Assembly: GCA_050737775.1 (NCBI GenBank)
Contig: JBOHYH010000171.1
Coordinates: 8,300 to 72,299, forward strand
Length of the DNA: 64,000 nt
DNA from: Arenimonas sp.
GTDB lineage: Bacteria; Pseudomonadota; Gammaproteobacteria; Xanthomonadales; Xanthomonadaceae
Direction of reading: 5' to 3'
Below, piece by piece: positions 8,301 to 15,247 of the stretch. Each line of letters begins with the position of its first letter. The stretch's first letter is position 1. Under the pieces are notes generated by a model. It saw only the letters and a program-made list of their open reading frames with translations. It had not been told where the DNA came from and searched no databases. The position numbers were made by a program, and so were the translations under genes.

Positions 8301-10702
8301 GAGAGCGTCGTCGCATTCCATGCCACCGTGTCACCGGCGGGCGGTAAAATTTTGGTCAGACGACCTAACGGGTTGTATTCATATGCCGTTGTGTTGCCAC
8401 GAGCATCTGTGTTTGAAGTCACCCATCCTAGATCATTGACTGCAGCGGTCTCAAAACTACTGTCAGGATAGTCGACTCGTTGTGGCATGCCGCGTTTGTA
8501 CTCACTGAGTGTAGTGATCTTGTTATTGGCATCCTTGATGGTCGCGACAGTGCCGTTCGCATTGTAGGTCGTTATTGATTGCAGGGAGCCGAAGCTATAG
8601 GTTTGCAGCGGCAAATTGGAGGTGGCGTCATACTCGGTTCGACTGACTTCTTTCGTTGTTGCTGCGTCGCCGGTAATGCCTGTCGAGACTGAACTCACTC
8701 GGCCAAGCACCCATCTATTCAAATCATCGCGATACACCACCGTATCGGTTTTACTGGGTGCCAATACGCTAGATTTGGTAACACTGGTCGGGCGTGCAAA
8801 ACTGTCGTAACCATTTACGACTGAGTTGAAACTGACACCATCTTGAATAATGGTGGTGGTTTTCAACGGGCCAATGTACTCGGAACTAAACGTAGATACT
8901 TGTCCGCGCTGCGGACTTGCTGCGAAAGGCGTCGGAAAAGGCAGTCCTTGTTTTGCAAGCTCGTAGGTATTGCTTTGCGTACTTAGCGTTACGGCTCCTC
9001 GTCCTTTCTCAGAAAGTAGCATTTTGCCTTCGTTGTAATAGTAACTATTGCCAAAGGTGAATTTTTCCCAAGTTCCATTGCTATTACTTACTAGTGTGAA
9101 ATTCTTTCCAGCGCAGCTATCGGACTGACAGATCGGATAGGATGGCGCGAAACCCACCAAGCTCGTGGTGTAGCTGTAGTCTTGGGCGGTGGTTTGTATA
9201 CCGGCACCTGAAACACTCTTGCGCTTCAGCGCAAGCACATCGTAACGAACCGCATCCGTGTTTTGCTGAAAATTCTTGGCGTTAAACCACGGCGGCATCT
9301 TCGGGACGAAATACGTATTGGTTTGGCAGTTATTGGTCACATTGGACCGACCAAAACGTGTTGGCATCACCGTGAATTCACCAACAGCGCCAGACGGATG
9401 CTTGATGGTCCCTGTGTAAGTACGAATGACGGCATCACCTGGGGTTTCGCAAGTATGCGACTCCTCTCGGGTATCCAGGTTGATCCAATAGTCGACTTTT
9501 GCATCGCTGAGGCCAGCGAATGCGAATTCCCACGCACTACTGTCCGGCAAAATTACTTTCTTCAACAGAGGTTTTGCTGTCGTGAAGTACTCATACTCAT
9601 AGCGCCAAGTGCGCGTCCCATCAGTGACGCTTGAAACATAGTCCCGGTAGCCACCAGCAAGATAAGAAATGGTCAAAGTCCGCAGATCACTCGACTTAAT
9701 TTGTGTCAGCTTGACAGGGTAGTAAGGACTATTGGCGTAGGTGTATTCCACCCAGTTACCATGACGATCTTCTACCCGTGTTGCATACATCGCCATACGA
9801 GCACGACGCAATGCATAGCCTTGGCCTAACTCTAAGAGGGGTTCATAGGTTTGCGCCCGCCAGTCAAAGTAATACTTGGTGCCATCGCTTGTGACGGCGA
9901 CAAATCCTTCGCCCGTACCATTTTTAATGCTAGGCAAACACGAAAAAAATGTCTGGTTATTAGTTGACCAATAATAAGGCCCTCCTTGCGTCGGTTTGGC
10001 GGCATTGTTATTGATCAACAACAATTCACCGCCCCCTGGCATTTGCGCATGAAAGCCATGCCAATATTGACCGGGACGGATAAAGTTGTAGGTTTTCATT
10101 CCATACGTCATGGAATTGGGATTTGTGTCAGTAGACGTGGTTTGTATGTGGGGCGGCATGACTGAGGCAGCATTACTCACGCTGCAGCGTTGATCTTTCC
10201 ATTCCTCGATGGAGGCAAAACTGATGTTGGGGATATCTAACTGCCAATCTGCCAGCGCCGAGTCGTAAACGATATAGCCTTTTACGTTGCGAACCGAATG
10301 AGCGCGAGTAAAGGCAACGGGCAAAGCACTGTTTCCGGGCAGCGATATGTCGGTTGCCGAAAAAGACAGTCCGCCGTGACTTAGATCTACCTGATCGCCG
10401 AATAAATTCGGTCCTAAAGTCGTTATCGTTTTACCGTTTTGAACCGATTTTTCGTATTCACCATAGACATTGTTCTCAGACGAAACCGCTGTGCCGGAAG
10501 ATTGTGTCGTGGACCCACTGCTTTGGGTGCTCGAGTTCGTCGAAGGCGCAGAGTATTGAACTACGCTGTCGCCATTCACATACGATTGGCCGTTTTCCGA
10601 TACCGTTGGTGCAGGTAACGTTGGTAATTTGGTGGGGGATAGTTGTGCGGAGAGTTGAAAGCTGGAAGTTAGAAGCAGAGCGCCAAATACAATTTTTTTC
10701 AT
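5348..10702 (-). CDS. RHS/YD-repeat protein with Sec signal peptide and C-terminal HExxH toxin domain
   Basis: YD repeats; RHS core YLHTDSLGSPV...YTPYG...GYTGH...RYYDP...PYKFTDPDG; C-terminal HEVNH at 5585-5599. Confidence 0.92.
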   Translation of the reverse strand: MKKIVFGALLLTSSFQLSAQLSPTKLPTLPAPTVSENGQSYVNGDSVVQYSAPSTNSSTQSSGSTTQSSGTAVSSENNVYGEYEKSVQNGKTITTLGPNLFGDQVDLSHGGLSFSATDISLPGNSALPVAFTRAHSVRNVKGYIVYDSALADWQLDIPNISFASIEEWKDQRCSVSNAASVMPPHIQTTSTDTNPNSMTYGMKTYNFIRPGQYWHGFHAQMPGGGELLLINNNAAKPTQGGPYYWSTNNQTFFSCLPSIKNGTGEGFVAVTSDGTKYYFDWRAQTYEPLLELGQGYALRRARMAMYATRVEDRHGNWVEYTYANSPYYPVKLTQIKSSDLRTLTISYLAGGYRDYVSSVTDGTRTWRYEYEYFTTAKPLLKKVILPDSSAWEFAFAGLSDAKVDYWINLDTREESHTCETPGDAVIRTYTGTIKHPSGAVGEFTVMPTRFGRSNVTNNCQTNTYFVPKMPPWFNAKNFQQNTDAVRYDVLALKRKSVSGAGIQTTAQDYSYTTSLVGFAPSYPICQSDSCAGKNFTLVSNSNGTWEKFTFGNSYYYNEGKMLLSEKGRGAVTLSTQSNTYELAKQGLPFPTPFAASPQRGQVSTFSSEYIGPLKTTTIIQDGVSFNSVVNGYDSFARPTSVTKSSVLAPSKTDTVVYRDDLNRWVLGRVSSVSTGITGDAATTKEVSRTEYDATSNLPLQTYSFGSLQSITTYNANGTVATIKDANNKITTLSEYKRGMPQRVDYPDSSFETAAVNDLGWVTSNTDARGNTTAYEYNPLGRLTKILPPAGDTVAWNATTLSFDKLATPAYGLPAGAWKQMISVGNSRSETYFDAMWRPVVKREYDNANILSTQRFSRTSYDGEGRVVFASYPGKGDLITQGTRTQYDDLGRVTQIKQDSELGVLVTSKEYLPGFLIKTTNPKLFSTTTSFMAWDTPDTSLPVSIESPEDALTIFTRDLFGKPLSISRGAVSGGDFVSRHYVYDAQHRLCQRTEPETGTLVMSYDPAGNLLWSAPGQTVANIHVCDRDAVPASARMIRTYDPLNRIKTMDVPNSTSDLAYDYLPGGLLKTLSNGGVVWNYAYNKLNLPTSEILTLDSRTKTIAHRYNADGVEDQLTLPSNLAVAYSPNALGQVTQAGAFATTVSYRSNGAMTGFTYGNTAVHRQLPNLRGLSAERSDSLGTALLQDERVAFDENSNIRCIRDNASGNGGDRDMQYDGLDRLLNTNAPRQWWAYANTSYDVLDNIRGYTMGNRVHSYVYDANNRLSKITKPFGTSPGPQSTTTASTSLPTCDNFALATDIGDLSPEGGGGTTPPGGGGTPPGGGGDDPPGGGQQQSVVVATASNSNNRSSAPVSSRSANPSGPVTTQAVAAPCCQIPEQPVTVYQFSYDANGNTTSGRQPMVYDALNRVTQVTGKESYIYDGHGRRVKTTRLSDGKINYSVYDLNGQLLTEDDSRSNKKTDFVYLNGRLVAQRSAALTGTNAQTTTYINTYLHTDSLGSPVAYTDQAGTITRIERYTPYGEPSDQMYDQGPGYTGHVTDSLTGLTYAQQRYYDPLIGRFLSPDPVTTDLNAGTNFNRFWYAADNPYKFTDPDGRYWCSGMPQDCGSVDSYVSALNLGLSKMKPGSQSYNRLSRISAMIGQPWTKNGITFDPGTPKTGMADSKPGGHITIDIAQVKQWAKDLGAHNKGKSSSKLEAELGASVLSHEVNHEIDRQESFFPSYFPNDLKERFSTEFNSNRIESVLNQALGTTTNLNLPGMTQAQREAAIAVGAQGSVTSACAKGGLGCK

Positions 10703-10853
10703 GAAAGATAAATTCCAGTTTCAAATGCAATCAATAAAGATGTGGGGTGAACGGCACAGATTTTGTGCGTTATTCTAGTAGTTGTTTGTGAAGACCGCCA
10801 TCTTGGGCGAATCACAGTTAACGGATTTGCTGCTCGGTGTGCCCAATAATTAA

Positions 10854-11057
10854 TCAATGCTTTCGCACTTGATCATCATCGGGCAAGGTTTGATCAAGGT
10901 CTACGGCAACGCCTTCAACAAGACTCTGAATCTCCTCAAAATAACTAATCTGCACTGGAGCAATCTTACCTTGAGCAATATCGCGATCCAGTAGGTCCAG
11001 GATTCTATTTATGGAAGCATCGCTTTCATCGACTTTTATCCTAGCCATAGCCGTCAA
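10854..11057 (-). CDS. Small hypothetical protein
   Basis: 67-aa ORF co-oriented and directly downstream of the XRE gene. Confidence 0.45.
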   Translation of the reverse strand: MTAMARIKVDESDASINRILDLLDRDIAQGKIAPVQISYFEEIQSLVEGVAVDLDQTLPDDDQVRKH

Positions 11058-11096
11058 ACTCGCCTGGTTTTCTCAGAAGTGCCAGATTACACCTTT

Positions 11097-11339
11097 CTAA
11101 GCTAATTTTTTCTCGTATTCACGGCAAAACGAAGCCAGTGATCGGCCGCACACATCGCAAATATCCTTAAGCTGCATGACATCAAGCCGAATTACACCTT
11201 GTTCAATCTTGCTAATCAACGATTGGGGACGTCCCAAGGCTTTGGATAGATCTACCTGGGTCAAGCCAGCCTTCAGTCGCATCTGCCTAAGCAGCACGAG
11301 AAGCACCTCGTATTCGTCCCGATGGATGGTTTTTGGCAT
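11097..11339 (-). CDS. XRE-family helix-turn-helix regulator (controller-protein-like)
   Basis: LRQMRLKAGLTQVDLSKALGRPQSLISKIEQG. Confidence 0.9.
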   Translation of the reverse strand: MPKTIHRDEYEVLLVLLRQMRLKAGLTQVDLSKALGRPQSLISKIEQGVIRLDVMQLKDICDVCGRSLASFCREYEKKLA

Positions 11340-11372
11340 GACCGCTCAAACAGATTAGGCGGTCATTACCCT

Positions 11373-11449
11373 ATATCCTATAACGGGATATACCATTTTG
11401 GAATATTTACGTACAGATGGGTAATCATTAATATTCTAAAATAGGATAT
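11373..11449. promoter_or_regulatory. Three 19-bp palindromic operators (ATATnCYA-N3-YRGRATAT)
   Basis: atatccta-taa-cgggatat 11373-11391; atatacca-ttt-tggaatat 11388-11406; atattcta-aaa-taggatat 11431-11449. Confidence 0.7.
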
Positions 11450-11506
11450 TATTAGATCGCCACTCTGCCTATTCATAGGCCAACTACCTTACTACGGGGT
11501 CCAAAA

Positions 11507-12094
11507 ATGAAAAGAACGCTACTTGCTCTCACCTTATTTGCCGGCCTTGCTGGCACCTCTGCCAATGCTTCTGAATTGAGCTATAGCTTTATTGAAGCCG
11601 ATTACGTAAATGCTGGAGATTTGGGGATTAATTTCAACGGTGATTTTGACGGCGTCAGTCTTCGTGGCAGCGTGGCCCTCGGCGACAACTTCTACCTTCA
11701 AGGCAATTACGCCAATACCAGCGCCACATCTGACTTTGGTGTCGGTTCTGATTTTGACACCTACAGTTTAGGCTTTGGCTTTCGTCACAATATCTCCGAT
11801 AAGGCCGATTTGTTTGCCGACGTAAACTACGTGCATTGGAGCTTCGATACTTTGGGCTCTATTGGTGCTGACGATAACGGCTATCGTGTACGCGTGGGTT
11901 TCCGTGGTGCATTGAGCGACAAATTTGAAGGCACCATTGGCGTTACCCATGAAGATTTGGGTGATGCGGGTGATGCTGTCTCCTTGTCGCTCGGTGGCCA
12001 GTTGAAATTCAACGACACCTGGGGCGCCGTAGCAGAAGTAGAAGCCGGTGGCGACGATACCCGCTATTTAGTCGGTATCCGCGCCAGCTTCTAA
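11507..12094 (+). CDS. Outer-membrane beta-barrel protein, Ax21/porin-like
   Basis: Signal peptide, SYSFIEADY start, alternating beta-strand pattern, C-terminal F (GIRASF). Confidence 0.85.
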   Translation: MKRTLLALTLFAGLAGTSANASELSYSFIEADYVNAGDLGINFNGDFDGVSLRGSVALGDNFYLQGNYANTSATSDFGVGSDFDTYSLGFGFRHNISDKADLFADVNYVHWSFDTLGSIGADDNGYRVRVGFRGALSDKFEGTIGVTHEDLGDAGDAVSLSLGGQLKFNDTWGAVAEVEAGGDDTRYLVGIRASF

Positions 12095-12107
12095 TTAAAT
12101 GCCCAAT

Positions 12108-12132
12108 GAGCGGTGTCTAGTCGACACCGCTC
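12108..12132 (+). terminator. Stem-loop downstream of the porin gene
   Basis: gagcggtgtc / gacaccgctc perfect 10-bp stem. Confidence 0.6.
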
Positions 12133-12349
12133 GTTTGACGAAGCCACTTTTTGATTACGCGAGCAACAGGAATTGCTATGCAGTTGACCAATAGATCGGT
12201 TTTTATTCAGACAAGTCCCGAAAAAGACTCGTCATTCCCCTAAAACTGAAGGGTCTCAGGTTTTGCGACATATGAGCCTAATAGTAACCAACAGGAAACT
12301 AGCCGCTCAGGGAAAGGACACGCCGAGCATTGTCCTAAGGAGGTCTTCC

Positions 12350-12712
12350 ATGTCTATTTGGCAAATGGCGTCGGTGGAGCATCAACCACGCGTCACGCTT
12401 GTTCGCAGGCGAGCACTTCGATTATCAGCCCATGAAAAGACTATCGATTTAGTCCTTGGCTGGTACCTGGAAGATCATCACGCCCGTATGAGCACACCGA
12501 TAAAGCACCACGATGTACAAGCTCGCACGTTGGTTACCAAGAGTGGCCGTGAGTATTCGGTAGCAGGTGATTCCGAATACTGTGATGACGCCGAGTACGT
12601 TCTGGAACAGCATTTTGGGCCAACAGCGAGTACGGCAATCGATGTCAGTGCCGAGTATATTGGCGGGCTGCTAAAGCAAGCTTCGGAGAACAATCATGCC
12701 CTCGATTATTAA
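12350..12712 (+). CDS. Conserved-looking hypothetical protein (MSIW...VTKSGREY type)
   Basis: Strong RBS aaggaggt before ATG 12350; overlaps the next ORF. Confidence 0.65.
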   Translation: MSIWQMASVEHQPRVTLVRRRALRLSAHEKTIDLVLGWYLEDHHARMSTPIKHHDVQARTLVTKSGREYSVAGDSEYCDDAEYVLEQHFGPTASTAIDVSAEYIGGLLKQASENNHALDY

Positions 12713-12980
12713 ATTCTCCCCTCGCGATGTTCAATTAGAAATCCAAGATATCTACGGCGATTTGCTGAACCACTTGCGTGATGGAAGCCATCCGAATGAA
12801 GACCAGATGGGAGCGTGGATGGACAAACTGACAAGGATCGCTGCCGTAACCGACAGTTTAATTATCGCCTGCGAAGATTGGATAGATCATGGCAGAGACC
12901 CCTATGATTTCGAGGCTGTGAAACGGGCGGTTGCTCATGCACATGGCCAGCAAGATTATTCACCACGAAAACATCGATAG
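12696..12980 (+). CDS. Hypothetical protein
   Basis: 94-aa ORF coupled to the previous gene. Confidence 0.55.
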   Translation: MPSIIKFSPRDVQLEIQDIYGDLLNHLRDGSHPNEDQMGAWMDKLTRIAAVTDSLIIACEDWIDHGRDPYDFEAVKRAVAHAHGQQDYSPRKHR

Positions 12981-13009
12981 TACTAAAATGTAACGTCAAT
13001 TAATCAGAG

Positions 13010-13297
13010 GTGCTGCTCATGGACAGACTTAGTCTGGCGATCTTTTTGGTTGACTTAGCCTGGACTGAATACGAACAATGCTGCGCTGACGTCTGGCGCG
13101 AATTTGAGCGTATTGATCCAGCTCTTGCAAGAGAAGTCGAACGACTAGGCCTTACAGAGGAAGGCACAGCGGAATGGGTTTGCCCCAGCCCTTATGAAGG
13201 ACAATCCTCACCCGCTGAATTGCTCGTAGAAGGAAAACGCGACAAGATATTACGCAAGATAGAAGGTGTATTGCATGCGCCAGACCTGACCTCATAG
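13010..13297 (+). CDS. Xre/MbcA/ParS toxin-binding-domain-like (DUF2384-like) protein
   Basis: AEWVCPSPYEGQSSPAELLVEG resembles the W...P...GG.SP.ELL..G pattern. Confidence 0.5.
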   Translation: MLLMDRLSLAIFLVDLAWTEYEQCCADVWREFERIDPALAREVERLGLTEEGTAEWVCPSPYEGQSSPAELLVEGKRDKILRKIEGVLHAPDLTS

Positions 13298-13306
13298 ATC
13301 ACGCTG

Positions 13307-13339
13307 TAACAACATTCTTCTGCTTGAAGAATGTTGTTA
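13307..13339. terminator. 14-bp perfect inverted repeat between convergent genes
   Basis: taacaacattcttc-tgctt-gaagaatgttgtta. Confidence 0.65.
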
Positions 13340-13428
13340 TTTCACTTGTTAGAATAGCGCCTTCGTGATGAATCTTATCCTGAGGCGTACTTGATTATGG
13401 TGCGAGTGTCGAGTGCCATCCCATCTGA

Positions 13429-14208
13429 TTAACCCCTAAGTGCTTTACGACGACGCTGCGAAATTCCGAATTGAGCAATCGCAACAGGGGTCTTATCAAC
13501 GGCGCGTTTCAAGACGTGATGTAATCGCTCTTGCATATCAATGTCTATCATGAGGATAAGCGCGACAACACCTGCGCCTAGTAATATCAGAATCCCAAAA
13601 TGTTTAGGCAAGTCGAAGCCTGTAGAATCGCTGAGCGCTTGAAACGCCACAAACACAGCACTAACAATAACGATAACTCCTGAACGTTCTTTTAATAGTT
13701 TTATCGATAATGCAATGCGATCTGCAAATTCACACAATACGTCTCGCGAGATTTCAGAGCCCATAATTTCAGTGAACAGCGCTTCTTCTTTTAGTCTGTG
13801 AGCGTCTACCATCAATGTTTGATACTCACCTTTGTTCGAAATCATGTGGTATGCCTCTCTGGCAACCACGAATACAAAGGCTGTAAAACAGAACCCCACG
13901 ACAATGAAAAAAACACCTGCCGCATTTTCGATTACACGATCAGACAGATAGCCAAGCTGCTTGCCAAAGGCAAGCACGATGAAAAGCAAAATATCCAGAG
14001 AAAATACGCAAGCTGTGATTAACAGAACTTTTTCAAAAAGCCCAGGCTTCTTTTTGTCCGGGGCTAGCCTCGCCATGAAGTTATTGGTAACGGGCACATC
14101 ATTTATCAGCAGTGGCAATTCTTTGGCGATGATGGAACTCTGAACTTTGTTGCCTGGCTGTCCTTTATCAAACATTCTTCTTACACTCCATCTACTTGGT
14201 TGGATCAT
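13429..14208 (-). CDS. Hypothetical membrane protein (about 4 TM segments)
   Basis: 259-aa ORF with two pairs of hydrophobic helices. Confidence 0.65.
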   Translation of the reverse strand: MIQPSRWSVRRMFDKGQPGNKVQSSIIAKELPLLINDVPVTNNFMARLAPDKKKPGLFEKVLLITACVFSLDILLFIVLAFGKQLGYLSDRVIENAAGVFFIVVGFCFTAFVFVVAREAYHMISNKGEYQTLMVDAHRLKEEALFTEIMGSEISRDVLCEFADRIALSIKLLKERSGVIVIVSAVFVAFQALSDSTGFDLPKHFGILILLGAGVVALILMIDIDMQERLHHVLKRAVDKTPVAIAQFGISQRRRKALRG

Positions 14209-14774
14209 AGTTTTTTGAATTATTAACTTAATTTGGTAGTAACTGTCTCAGCTTCCAGCGAATTAATATTCACGAAGTTTTATAAAAAAGACTTTCTTTG
14301 TCTTGGAAGGGTTTCATTGCGTGCACAAAAACAATACGAAACTTAGTATAGGTTTTCTATACGCTGAACATCCAAGTCCATACATTGAAAATACGATTTC
14401 CTTTATAGGCTGCTAATAAAGCCTTTCAGCTCTTCGTAGCCGTTTCAGATGGTAATAATTTCTCGATTTCAAAGCGTTGCTATTCGCAGAATCCATACGG
14501 GTTGCGCATTGTTTTTCCATCAAAGAACGACATCCATTTGAATTGAATATTTTTTAACGTATCGGCTGTTATTTAGGGTTCTCATAACTTTTCGTTATAA
14601 GTCATTTGCTAACTAAGTGCTATTTCGACCTCCTTAACTAGGGGGGTTTGCACATTTTGGCATTCGCTGTCGGTATAGCTTTTTGATCATTTACTTCAGA
14701 AAAAACACTTCTTGTTACCAGCGGTAATTTTGAGTCTGATAGTCAAGTCCAGTTGTTCCGGAAAAGAAAGCTAA

Positions 14775-15071
14775 ATGCAGCTAATTCCACTTGCAGACCA
14801 GTTATTTCTAGAAGAGAAACTCTTGTTGGAATTTGGGCCGTATGTGCCCGTCGGCAAGGCTTGGCGTTTGCTTTCGTATCCGTCTCTAGATGCGGCAAGA
14901 AAATCCTTCAAGAGGGGCGTAGCTCCCCTTGACGCGATTCGATTAGATGGCCGCAGAGGGCAATTTGTATCCAGTGCTGCCCTGGCAGAGTGGCTGGCGG
15001 ACGCACTCCTAGTGGGTGCAAAGCAGAAAAAACATCACGTGCAAAACGATGAATCAACCCCAATAACCTAA
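14775..15071 (+). CDS. Small DNA-binding protein (excisionase/AlpA/PrtN-like HTH)
   Basis: FGPYVPVGKAWRLLSYPSLDAARKSFKRG...GRRG.FV...LAEWL winged-HTH-like pattern upstream of the transposase. Confidence 0.6.
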   Translation: MQLIPLADQLFLEEKLLLEFGPYVPVGKAWRLLSYPSLDAARKSFKRGVAPLDAIRLDGRRGQFVSSAALAEWLADALLVGAKQKKHHVQNDESTPIT

Positions 15072-15115
15072 CTTATGGAGGAGGCTACAACCGGGAACGT
15101 AACCTTATAAATAGA

Positions 15116-15140
15116 AAACCCAGTCGTGGGGACTGGGTTT
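15116..15140 (+). terminator. Hairpin between the HTH gene and tnsAB
   Basis: aaacccagtc-gtggg-gactgggttt perfect 10-bp stem. Confidence 0.6.
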
Positions 15141-15247
15141 AATTTCTACTTACATTGGTAGTGCGTCGAAGCCTACGGTGTGAGATTGAGACTTTTTTGT
15201 GCCGTTGTCAAGCACATGAAGGCAGCAGTCCCGTTTCGCCTAAAATC

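Noticed and set aside
14221-14774. Left transposon end or a hidden gene in the 567-bp AT-rich gap
   Set aside because: No tgtccRaa-type array or gaaat-TGT junction was found; only short ORFs (under 40 aa) and isolated 7-10 bp matches (caagtcc, gcacattttg) that could be chance
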